From Felis catus (Eukaryota): DNA of 64,000 nucleotides. A program made the position numbers and the translations under genes. The notes below the pieces were generated by a model. The model was not told where the DNA came from and did not search any database. It saw only the letters and a program-made list of their open reading frames with translations. Below, in pieces: positions 37,731 to 48,481 of this stretch (its first letter is position 1; the number at the start of each line of letters is the position of its first letter). The stretch covers positions 19,036,001 through 19,100,000 of the forward strand of contig NC_058369.1 of the NCBI RefSeq assembly GCF_018350175.1. The letters are read 5' to 3'.

Positions 37731-38803
37731 GTAAGAGGGCTTTTGAATCTGCTCTTTACCAGATAATTACAGATTCAAATAAAGGAGTCCTAGAGGAAAT
37801 CTGGGGTTGAAGAGACAAGTGACCAAAAAAATGCCAGTAATCCGCTTGTCTTTTTATAGGCAGTGGGTAACTCTTTCACAATCATAAAAATCATGGCTGG
37901 TAGAACAAAGTGGCTGAGTTCAAATCCTAACACCTGGGCTCCGCACAGTTTCACTCTCCTGTTCCCCCTCTTCAGTGCTTGATGTTTCTGTAGGTGTAAT
38001 TGTGGTAAGGCTATCAGTTTGTGTTCTCTGCTCAGTTTATATTTGATCGTAAGTAGCTTTTCCCTGGTTCTATAATACTCTTTATTATTTTAATGCCTGT
38101 ATGGTAAAAAAACTCACAGTAAAACTGTACCATCATTTTCTTCATCGTTCCTGCATAATTTGTCTCTTCTTTTTAGTCTTATTCTGTTGTAATATGCATC
38201 ATTTAGTTAGTATTTTATTTCTCCTTCTAAATTACTTCCTTAGGATAAATTTTCAAAATGGAAGATGTTGAACATTTTTGTGTCTCCTAACATAGAGCCA
38301 GATTAGTTTCAAAAGAATTCTATTGATTTGCCCTGGCACCAGTTAAGCATTAGTGAAAATGATGAATTTGCTTGTGGTTTAATTCATAACTTACCTTTTT
38401 TTTTCCCCTTCTAATACTGCTGGTTGTTTATCTAGAGATACAGGCAGAGAGAGAAAGTATGTGTGTGTTTCTGAGAACCTAGACTTCTGCTTTGCCACTT
38501 ATTCTTTCTAACAGTATTCCCAATCATTTGTAAAATGAGGATATTAATGCCTATCCTGGAGGGTTGTAGTAAAGGCTAAGGATGACAGTGCATAAAAATG
38601 CCTCATCTGGTTCCTGACATATAGTGACCACTCCATATACACTGAATGTTATGTTTTTAAAGGCTTTTTTATTTTGAAAGCATTATAGCAACATTACAGA
38701 TACTTCACAAATTAGGAGGTTTGGAAAATCTGACTAATTTCAACAGGGTTAACTCTTAACCAGCTTTTATGAGTATCATAAGAATTATCATGGGTTTGAT
38801 CAG

Positions 38804-38899
38804 TTTCAGGAAAATGCCAGTGAGGGGACAGCCCCCCCAGAGGACGTCTTTAAGAAGCCCCTGCCTCCCACTGTGAAGAAAGAAGAGAGTCCTCCACCA
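38804..38899 (+). CDS. RBM6: RBM6 exon 16: FQENASEGTAPPEDVFKKPLPPTVKKEESPPP
   Basis: Acceptor gtttgatcag, donor CCA|gtaaga. 96 nt. A second CAG lies 6 nt downstream of the acceptor. Confidence 0.9.
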
Positions 38900-40052
38900 G
38901 TAAGACTAAGCCAAGGCTCTGGGCTGAGAGGCTGGGGCTGGTTCCATATGAGAAAGGAAGTTTAGAGGCTGATGCCTCACTTTGGTGTTGGTCCTTTTGT
39001 TCTCTCTGTCTCACAAACAAGGACTTTTCTTGAATATGAGCATGAGATAAATGTTCCTATCTGCTAATAGGGATATAACTGGAGAATCAGAGGCAGTTAT
39101 CTGTACCCTGTGCCATTCCCACCAGACCAAGGGAGGACCTGGCCCTTTTTAAGTTATAATCTTGGTCTTGTTAATTCTTCTTTTCTAAATGACCCAGGAA
39201 ACCCATTTCCCTGGCTCCATTTTTTCCTGCCTTTTTGGTGCTGCATAAGAATCGCAGATGGGGAATGCATGCATGGTCATTTTGACAGTTTGCCTGCCTG
39301 GCCAAAGTAAACAGTTCTAAACTTGGTACCCATTTTTTTAGATGCATTAAAGTGATGGTCTCCTCCAATTGCAGATGATTCTGGTTAAATGTAAATATAT
39401 AACAATAGTGGCCATGCTTTATTTTTATTTTGATTGATCATAGGCCACTGACCATGCATCATTATTTCATAGTTCCTATAAACTACTGGTAAATATTCTT
39501 TGCCTGCACCGTATTACTAGTACAGTTCATTGTAGCATCAGTCCTATCCATGCCTTTGCCTTTGCCTTTGCCTTTGAGTCACTCAGGAGCTGTCTACCTG
39601 AGAGCTTATCCTTCATTTACTTTTTTAATCCTCCTCCTAAATCCCTTTTGCTATAGCCTTACTATAGCCTTAATAAAGTTTATCTTTCCTTTTCTGCATG
39701 GGTTACAGTGACTTGGGGGTTGTTGCTATCTCTTCCTCTTTGTAACTCGTAACTTCCATGTTTATGTCAGTTCCCCTTTCCCTTCTTTCTCTTCACTGTT
39801 TGTTGCTAGAGTCACCTCTAACAGAACCTTTCTGGTTTTATCTCAGTGATCAAGGAGAAAAGTCAAGCTTAAACCATGTTGCCTTCCATCTGGGAAGGAG
39901 CAGTGCGGTCAGTGGGCCTATTTTGAGCCCACTGTTCATTATTCAGACAGAATATTCAGAAGAAATGAGATATACCCATATTGGAATATTCAGAAAACAG
40001 GCCCCACAATATAGATTGAAGTTAGTCTTAATCTCTGGCCTTCTCTTTCCAG

Positions 40053-40313
40053 CCTAAGGTGATAAACCCACTCATTGGCCTCCTGGGTGAATATGGAGGA
40101 GACAGTGACTATGAGGAGGAAGAGGAGGAGGAACAGACGCCTCCTCCACAGCCCCGCACAGCACAGCCCCCACAAAGGGAGGAACTGACCAAGAAGGAGA
40201 ACGAAGAAGACAAACTCACTGACTGGAATAAACTGGCTTGTCTGCTCTGCAGAAGGCAGTTTCCCAACAAAGAAGTTCTGATCAAACACCAGCAGCTCTC
40301 AGACCTGCACAAG
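40053..40313 (+). CDS. RBM6: RBM6 exon 17 (acidic stretch and C2H2 zinc finger): [23 protein letters not shown]...[27 protein letters not shown]
   Basis: Acceptor ttctctttccag, donor AAG|gtatgg. 261 nt; CLLC...H...H zinc finger characteristic of RBM5/6/10. Confidence 0.97.
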
Positions 40314-42028
40314 GTATGGGGAAGGGACTCTGACCTTTCAGACTTTGGACTCTTACTATCAATGAGCATCACAGCCCAATTTCAAAATGAATTGTTCCTC
40401 CACCTTTTGTTACGAGTTGCTCTGCATTAAGGCTGTGCTCACCTTCCAAAACCTCACTTTGTAGACCCAAGGCAAGCAGCATGGCTGGGACTGGGACACC
40501 AAACACGGAGGCTGCACTGAAGACAGGAGGAGAGGGGGTCGTGGAGTAGGAAACTAACTGGCTGAGTTTCTCATCTTAGCTCTTCCATTAAGCTAACAAT
40601 TGGACCTCAGATAAGCCCCTTCTCTTCTGTGATACTTGGTGCCTTCACCTGGTTCTGTCTAGCTCTGATATTGTGCAATTTTCCCCAAAGGTGGGTCACA
40701 TTCTGCCACCTCTTCATGTGGTAAAACACCTATAAATCATGGCACGACATCTGTTGTTGGGGTGCTAAACTGACATACACTGGCCCTCCCCTGCAGTCTT
40801 CCCATTTAGATGTACTGACCAAGGAGCCAAATTCTGGACAAAGAAAGCCCATAGGCAGATCCGTGTTTTCAGTATAGGGTGATTTATTTCACACTCCTTC
40901 TCTAGCAGATTTGCTAGAGCCAGTGAGGAGATTGGATTTCAACTTTCCCTTAGTATAAAACCCAAAGTCTTATGTAGCTAAAAGCTGAGAAACTTTGCTT
41001 TTGGTAATAGGCACACCTCTTCTCCCAGCTGCCTCAGTGGAGGCTCTGCAGAGTTTCTATGGGGGTGAGAGGCTCCTGACACTCCCTGCAACAGATTACT
41101 TCCCAAGTCCCTTTGCCCTTCTAGAATTCTGAGTCATGAGACTGACACATTTAAATTCCAGCTCTCTGGGGGTTCTTGGCTGGCTCAGTTGGGTAGAGCA
41201 TGTGACTTTTGATCTTGGGGTCGTGAGTCCAAGCCATATTGGGCATAATTTTTTAAAAAATAAAAGGATAAATAATTTTTTTTTAAATAAAAATAAATTT
41301 AAGCTGTCTAATGAAAATGATATTAAATGTCTAATGTTAGGAAAGAGGAGCCAGAAGTCTGGTGAACTGACCCTGGGACCATGGAAAGTGGACTGTAGTA
41401 CTTTTTCCTTTCCTTGCAGTGATCCAGTGCAAAGAATCCCCTGTCCATACAAGAGATGCTCTGGACACCTCAAGTTTCTTATATGTGCCTGAGGATATTG
41501 TGTAGTAGAGTCATGCTTAAGACCTGGGGGACCCTCAAGGAATACAGGACTCTCAGAGCAGTCTGTTTGTTCTTTTAGGAGCTTGGGTTCTCCTTTTCAT
41601 ATTTCTCTGAGGGTTTGAAAAAGTGAATAGTGCCTGAGAATGGTGGTGGGGGGCAGGTGGTATTAGGCAGAGCATTTGTTGGCATTTCATTTTCTTTACT
41701 GGTGTGCTCAGATTCCCCTCTGTCATAATTTTTACCATATAACCCAGATTTGTGTTTTCTATGTTTTGGAGAGTAGTAGAATAAGGTCTCTTGTGCCACA
41801 CCACATAACTAATCTGTGTGACAAGCCAGCAGTTGAACTTGGGGTCTCATTGGTGAGCCTAAAGCCAGTCTAGCTAAGAATTGTTGCTTGCAGGGTAGAC
41901 TGATCATTCAGGAGAGTTGGTCAGTGAAAGGAGCCACAGTCCTAAAGCAGCTATTGGGAAAGGCCTAGAAACACTTTCTAGGGCCACTTTTTCTAGACCT
42001 GTACTCCTAGAACTTTTTCTCTTCTCAG

Positions 42029-42103
42029 CAAAACCTGGAAATCCATCGGAAGATAAAACAGTCTGAGCAGGAACTAGCCTATCTAGAAAGGAGGGAACAG
42101 GAG
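42029..42103 (+). CDS. RBM6: RBM6 exon 18: QNLEIHRKIKQSEQELAYLERREQE
   Basis: Acceptor tttttctcttctcag, donor GAG|gtaagc. 75 nt. Confidence 0.95.
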
Positions 42104-43301
42104 GTAAGCTTTGGTGACCTGTTACTCCCTTGACCCCAACCCTTTATACTTTCTGGTGTGGAATTTGTAGGCTGTGCTGAAGACACAGAATGAAGAGGCC
42201 CTAAAAGATGGTATATACATTTATCAGAACTCCTCAAACTGGGAGTGGCTCAGTCGCTTGAATGTCAGCTCTTCGTTTTGGCTCAGGTCATGATGTCGTG
42301 ATCTGTGGGCTTGAGCCCCGCATCAGGCTCTGTGCTAACAGCTCTGAGCCTGGAGCCTGTTTCAGATTCTGTCTCCCTCTCTCTCTGCCCCTCCCCCACT
42401 CACGCTCTGTCTCTCTCTCTCAGTCTCTCTCTCTCCCCCCCCCAAAAATAAATACTAAAAAAAAAAAAAAAAACTCCTCAAACTACATTAAAATGGGTGC
42501 AGTTCATTGTTTATAAATTATATCTTAATCTATTTTTTAAAAGTGGTGTTAGTTTAGGGTCTCCAGATAGGTCAAATAAATAGCATTTCTTTCCTGCACA
42601 GCTTTTAAAATCAATGAAGAAGTGTTGGATAGGGCTGCTGAAATGACATCTTTTACTATTAGAGGCTAGGTTGGAGGAAGTAGTTTAGTTTAGAGCTAAA
42701 TGGACTTGCTGCCTAGATCACATAATTAGGCAGACTCACCTACACAGCCGCAGGCTTCACTGACTGAGCCAGGTCTTATGTGACCATTAGGAATCCTCCT
42801 TTGGAGTTCTACTGGAGAGTACCTCCTCCTCAGAAGAGGAAAACACAGCTGTGAGTCAAGCACAGTAGCTCATTTCTTCTCAAATTTACCAGTTGGAGAA
42901 GCCACTGCTTCTCAAGAAGAGTATTTGAAGTAGCAAGAGATTCCAGGAGTTACCAGTTGAACTCCCTTCACATTAGAAGGAATATCAGGAGGGGCGCCTG
43001 GGTGGCTCAGTCAGTTAAGCGGCCGACTTCGGCTCAGGTCATGATCTCACGTTCCGTGGGTTCGAGCCCCACGTCGGGCTCTGTGCTGACAGCTCAGAGC
43101 CTGGATCCTGTTTCAGATTCTGTGTCTCCCTCTCTCTGTCCCTCCTCCGTTCATGCTCTGTCTCTCTCTGTCTCAAAAATAAATAAACATTAAAAAAAAA
43201 ATTTTTTAAAAAAGAAGGAATATCAGGAGTAAAGTGAAGCTTCCCCACTACCCAACCCCCTTAGATGGAAATCTCAGATCTTTTATTCTGCTTACCAACA
43301 G

Positions 43302-43399
43302 GGAAGATTTAAAGAAAGAGGAAATGATCGCAGGGAAAAGCTCCAATCTTTTGACTCTCCAGAAAGGAAGCGAATTAAATACTCCAGGGAAACTGACAG
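43302..43399 (+). CDS. RBM6: RBM6 exon 19: GRFKERGNDRREKLQSFDSPERKRIKYSRETD
   Basis: Acceptor cttaccaacag, donor CAG|gtaagc. 98 nt. Confidence 0.94.
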
Positions 43400-43869
43400 G
43401 TAAGCCGGGAACTTTTCACTCAGCCTAGGCCACAAGGCCTAATGGTGAAACCATCTTTCTCCAGCTGTGCTGCTCTTTTTCTTTTAGGGGTAACTGAGGT
43501 TAGTGGGAGCAGGTTCTGTCTGAACTCCTTGAGCATAAGGTTCACTCCAGCCTCTGACCACCTGGCTTTACTCGGGAAATATGTATGTTTGCATGGAAGA
43601 TGCCTGGCTGCTTAGCTGCTTGAAGCCAGGGCTGGAGTGGCCATGGCTGGTAACTCTTTCTCTCCTCATCAGTAATGCTATGCCTCCTATGGACCTGATA
43701 AGAATGTCACTGTCTCGGGCTTTTTCTCTAGGGAACCTCCATTCTCACACATAGGCACTGAATGGATAGTCGGCTGCTGATAAATGTACATGATCTCTAG
43801 ATTCATGTGCTTGTTTCTAGTCAGATAGTCCTGAGTCGTGAGCCCAGAGTTATGTAGAATTTGTTGATA

Positions 43870-46210
43870 ACCCATTGTGTACAGGTACTGCACTAAGCAC
43901 CAGGAATACACAGGTGGACAAGACATATATTATCCTTGACCAACTGAACATAGGACAAGGAAGGTTTAGGTGATGCTGTGTCTTGTACAGCAGACATAGA
44001 AATCCAGTGGAGAAGGAACGGGCATTTCAGTTGGAGGAAACTGCATACACTGTGGATGAAAGTAGCTTGACGGAGGGGCGCCTGAGTGCCTTAGTTGGTT
44101 AAGTGGCCAACTTCAGCTCAGGTCATGATCTCGCAGTTTGTGGGTTCGAGCCATGCATCGGGCTCTGTGCTGACAGCTCAGAGCCTGGAGCCTCTTCGGA
44201 TTCTTTATCTCCCTCTCTCTCTGCTCCCCACCTCCACTCCTGCTCTGTCTCTCCACCTCTCAAAAGTAAATAAACATTTTAAAAATTAAAAAAAAAAAAA
44301 AAAAGAAAGTAGCTTGATGGAACTGGACACTGGGGATATATGGCTGAGTGACAGGAGATGAGGCTGGCTCAGTAGACAGAGGCCAGTTCATGAAGTTCAT
44401 ACTCCTTGAACACCATGCTAAGACTTTGCCTTAGGGCTGTGGGAGGTTATGAAATGATTTTAAGCAGGGCATTGTTCTGGTGAGACTTGAACAGGTATAT
44501 GTGTTGGTAGGTGAAAGAGCTAATAGCCAGGGTAGGTTATGAACATGGGAATGGGGAAGATCACTGATGGAGAAAGGCCCCAGAGAAGAGTTGATGTGGT
44601 CTGGGGCTCTGGCATTCCACTTATTTGCTGACCACCCACAGTAAGAGATTTATTTAATCATGGCCCAATAATCATGTGTGTGTAAGTACCTGAAAAAGAA
44701 ATCTTCATGGAAAATACTTCCTAGGGGCACCTGGGTGGCTCAGTCAAGTGGCCTACTCTTGATTTTGGCTCAGGTCATGGTCTCATGGTTCATGAATTCG
44801 AGCCCCCGCGTCAGGCTCCATGCTGACACTGTGGAGCCTGCTTGGGATTCTCTTTCTCCCTCCCTCCCTGACCGACCCTCCCCCCCCCCCTCAAAATAAA
44901 TTTTAAATAAACTTTATTTAAAAAATATTTCTTTATGTAATAAAACTCTGATATTTTTATTCTAGTTTTTTCTGTTTGCGTTCTTAGGAAATGCTAAGGA
45001 AGGACCACTTAATCAATGTAACCCCCTATTAGGTTATTCTCCACAATTTGAAATATACTGGACTAAGGAAATGGTAAAGGGGTCCATTAGGAGAAGGAAG
45101 AGCACCTTAGCTCTGAGTTAGTTGGGCTGGGTGCAGGAGGACACCCTTTTGTATTCTGGCACCAATCATACCACATTCTACAGGTTCTCTTCCTTCTTAG
45201 TCTTCTCTCCTGCTTCTCTTGGTTTTCTGGGAAATTCCAGATCTTCTCCAGGACTCTGCCCTCAATACTTTTATTCTTGCTGCTCCACCCTCTTGACCTG
45301 GACTGTCTGAGGTACCCAAAACCTCAGCCATCACTAACAGGCTAACAGGTCCTGTGACTCCATCCCAAGGCCATTCAGGTTTCTGGGTGCAAAATTACCC
45401 TTTGTATTTACCTCCTGGGCATGTTCTTTTAGAGACCTCTTAGGGTCTTCACATTAAACAATTACTCAGTATTGTATCATATATCATACTCCAGCCCTGC
45501 TAAACCTGCTGTGTTCCTTTTTCGGAGTAGTAACGTCACTGCATCCTGGTCTACCTGGTCTGACCCAGTCTTACTCCTTTATCCCCTATGTTGTTACTGG
45601 CCACATCCCTAATTAAGCTTTGTCCCCCTTTCTAGCTCACCTCCAAACTAGACTCCTTACTCTCAATCTCTGTTCTTCAATCCTCAGTGTACTCTCTACC
45701 CTGCCACCAAAACCATCTTTATGAACAGAAATCTCTAAAACACACTTTTTTTGTGAAGGTATACCTTGCTTAGAGGGAGGCCTAGAGTTCAGGTGTTGTG
45801 TTGTTTTGTTTTGTTTTGTTTTTTGTTTTTACCTGAAGGATGCAGTCCAGAGTCATGATTGAGCGTGACGTTCAAGGCTACTTCTCCTCTCCTGGACAAA
45901 TTGTATTCTTTCACTTCTTACTTGTGGCCTCCTTTCCTCTCATGCTTTTGGTCCATTCAGATGTGCCTTCTTGTTGAAATTCATCGTTTTTGGTGATACA
46001 CCTTCAGAGTTTGTGTTTTCTCTGCTGTTTCCATAGGAGATATCTCCTGGTGCCACATCCATGGCTGAGCTCTTCAATGTGTTATAAGCATCTGTGGACA
46101 TATTATCCTCATATCCTTCCCCATGAACAGGGTCAGGTCTTGGTCATCTCTGTACATCCCCAGGACAAACCCTGTTGCATAGACAGTAGGCACAAAAATA
46201 TTGTTTAAAA
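43870..46210. mobile_element. Degraded L2 fragments in RBM6 intron 19 (others near 11130-12050, 51830-52310 and 54640-54970)
   Basis: L2-like motifs such as gtaggcacaaaaatattgtt and tgattttaagcaggg; highly diverged. Confidence 0.5.
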
Positions 46211-46318
46211 TACTTAAGAGGAAGCAAATCTGAATCAAGAGGACAGAGGTTTCTATTAAGCTCACAAATGGTCACTTTGAAAGTGTTGGTGTCTTAAGTA
46301 TTTCTGCTGCTTTTACAG

Positions 46319-46448
46319 TGATCGTAAACCTGTTGGTAAAGAAGGTATTGACAGTAGCAACAAAGGAGGCTGTGTCCAACAGACCACTGGCTGGAGGAAG
46401 GGGGCAGGCCTTGGATATGGCCATCCTGGATTGGCTTCAGCAGAGGAG
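46319..46448 (+). CDS. RBM6: RBM6 exon 20 (G-patch-like): (S)DRKPVGKEGIDSSNKGGCVQQTTGWRKGAGLGYGHPGLASAEE
   Basis: Acceptor ctgcttttacag, donor GAG|gtgaaa. 130 nt, ends in phase 0; GWRKGxGLG G-patch core. Confidence 0.94.
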
Positions 46449-47193
46449 GTGAAATGGTTTCCATCTTGTTGGGGGTGGTGTGAACCTGGAATATACTTTC
46501 TCTCACTTTGGCTTGGAGCTGTCTTTGCCTTTTAGCTAGGCTTTCTCCACTGCTGGTGAAGGACACAAGAGCTGAAGGAGCCCATCAGTCTTGATTACTG
46601 GATTCTAACTAGGCATTCTGGGCCCTTTGTAGTTTGGTTGGGAGTGGGAATGGGGCTCATCTTACTCTTACATGGAGTAAGATGGAAAGTATGGGAATCA
46701 GGCAGTTTGAGACTGACAGATCGTGTGGTGAAAAGAACCAGGGAACCCATAATAAAAAGTACAGAAGCATCTCTGAGAGGCATTGTCATCAGAGGAGTTA
46801 AAATGGCTACAATTTAAGGAGCATGAAGTTAGTTCTGTTCCCATGAAGGGCTTTGCCCCTCATATTTCAGAAAGAGAAGAGAGAAAAGGTGATAGGAGGG
46901 AACATTGCCCATTTTGTGTTGGTTTGGTTCCCCTCTGAAACACCAGCTATAGGAGATAGGAGACTGGTTTCCCCTATGTCTGGTATTGAATCCTGTATCC
47001 TGAGGCCATAGCTCCACTGCCCTCCTTATTCATCTTGGGTGTTTTTGTTTCTGTTTTTTTTAATTAATTAAACATTCTAAAAAATTCTCCTATATCCTGT
47101 TCTTTACTGGTCCAGAAATGCTTGTGATCAAAGGCCAGCCCTGAGGCTAATTAATTCATAGAGCTCACTTCATTGTTTGTCTTTGTGTTACAG

Positions 47194-47319
47194 ACTGAAG
47201 GCCGGATGAGGGGGCCCAGTGTAGGGGCTCCAGGAAGAACCAGCAAGAGACAGTCCAACGAGACTTACCGAGACGCTGTGCGAAGAGTCATGTTTGCTCG
47301 GTATAAAGAACTAGATTAA
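47194..47319 (+). CDS. RBM6: RBM6 last coding exon 21: TEGRMRGPSVGAPGRTSKRQSNETYRDAVRRVMFARYKELD*
   Basis: Acceptor ctttgtgttacag; TAA at 47317-47319. The YRDAVRRVMFARY C-terminal motif is typical of the RBM5/6/10 family. Confidence 0.96.
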   Translation, partial: TEGRMRGPSVGAPGRTSKRQSNETYRDAVRRVMFARYKELD

Positions 47320-47421
47320 AGAATGGAGGAGAGGCAAGTCCCATAGGACACAACCTCCTTCTTGTTTTGTTTGTCCGTCTCCTTTTGTTTTGTTACTGTT
47401 CTTGCTGCTAGAACTTTTTTA

Positions 47422-47460
47422 AATAAACTTTTTTTCAATGTGATTTTTTTGGTTGTTACA
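47422..47460 (+). terminator. RBM6: RBM6 polyadenylation signal (AATAAA 47422-47427) with downstream U/GU-rich element; 3'UTR ~120 nt
   Basis: AATAAA ~100 nt after the stop, followed by ttttcaatg and tgatttttttggttgtt; G-rich stretch at 47477-47490. Confidence 0.8.
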
Positions 47461-47828
47461 TTTTTCTCCCATAGATGGGTGGGGGTGGGGCTTATGGTAG
47501 GAGAGAGAGTGTGCCTTGGTGCAGCCCATTTGAGGTGACATTTAAATGGCAGCAAGTACTACCATGAGCCCTGGGACACGGCCTGCTGTCAGTGTGAGTG
47601 GAGGCATTGCTGTGACCTTTGAACTTTAACTTGTGTGAGTACTGTCAGGTTTTTAAAGTTACTTTGTGTATCTATTTAGTGGAAATAGCACCTCATTAAG
47701 TCCTCTTCTGACTTCCCTATTTTTGGGATAGGGGCAGTGTGACAGTTCTTTTTCTGGGGACCTGCTGGGTGCTCAGTGCATCACAGGTACGATGACCACA
47801 ATGAGTTGGCATAGTAAGAATTATCACT

Positions 47829-48025
47829 GGGACGCCTGGGTGGCTCAGTCAATTAAACCTCTGTCTCTTGATTTCAGTTCAGGTAACGATCTCATAGTTC
47901 TTGAGATCAAGCCCTACATCTGGCTGTATGCTAGGAGATTCTCTCCCTTTCTCTCTACCCCTCCCCTGCTCACTCTCTCTCTGAAAATAAATAAATAAAC
48001 TTTAAAAAAAAAAAAAAAAAAAAAA
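47829..48025 (+). mobile_element. Older Can-SINE directly abutting the RPS18 retrocopy
   Basis: gggacgcctgggtggctcagtc head and A22 tail at 48004-48025. Confidence 0.9.
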
Positions 48026-48361
48026 CTCTTCTACGGGAGGCCTACATGGTGCCGTTGGAGCCACCACCGTGTCTCTAGTGATCCCTGAGAAGTTCCAGCA
48101 CATTTTGTGAGTACTCAACACCAATATCGATGGGTGGCAGAAAATAGCCTTTGCCATCCCTGCAGTTAAGGGTGTGGGGCTCATGATATTCTCATGTGGT
48201 GTTGAGGAAAGCAGACATCGATCTCACCAAGAGGGTTGGAGAGCTCACTGAAGATCAGTGAAATGTGTAATCACCATTATGCAGAATCCACACCAGTATA
48301 AGATCCCAGACTGGTTTTTGAACAGACAAAAGGATGTGGAGGCTGGAAAATAACAGCCAGG
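48026..48361 (+). pseudogene. RPS18: RPS18 processed pseudogene, 5'-complete and 3'-truncated (about codons 1-97)
   Basis: Pyrimidine start ctcttct plus 5'UTR, then intronless (V)[73 protein letters not shown]. Start codon mutated to GTG (48069), TGA at 48108, several frameshifts. Confidence 0.95.
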
Positions 48362-48448
48362 AAAAAGAATTGTCACTACCCTCCAACCGCTATCCCAGAT
48401 TTTCTTTCCCTCCATGGCTAAAACTCTCCAAAGAGGTATCTTTGGACA

Positions 48449-48481
<33 letters not shown>

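Noticed and set aside
37038..38803. Possible U12-type introns suggested by the pyrimidine-poor acceptors of exons 15 and 16
   Set aside because: The matching donors are gtgagt and gtaaga, not RTATCCTT, and no TTCCTTAAC branch box is present.
41168..41260. tRNA-like ~90-nt sequences (also near 49707, 52424, 57985 and 60552) as tRNA genes
   Set aside because: They are degenerate tRNA-derived short SINE heads with A-rich tails, not intact cloverleafs.
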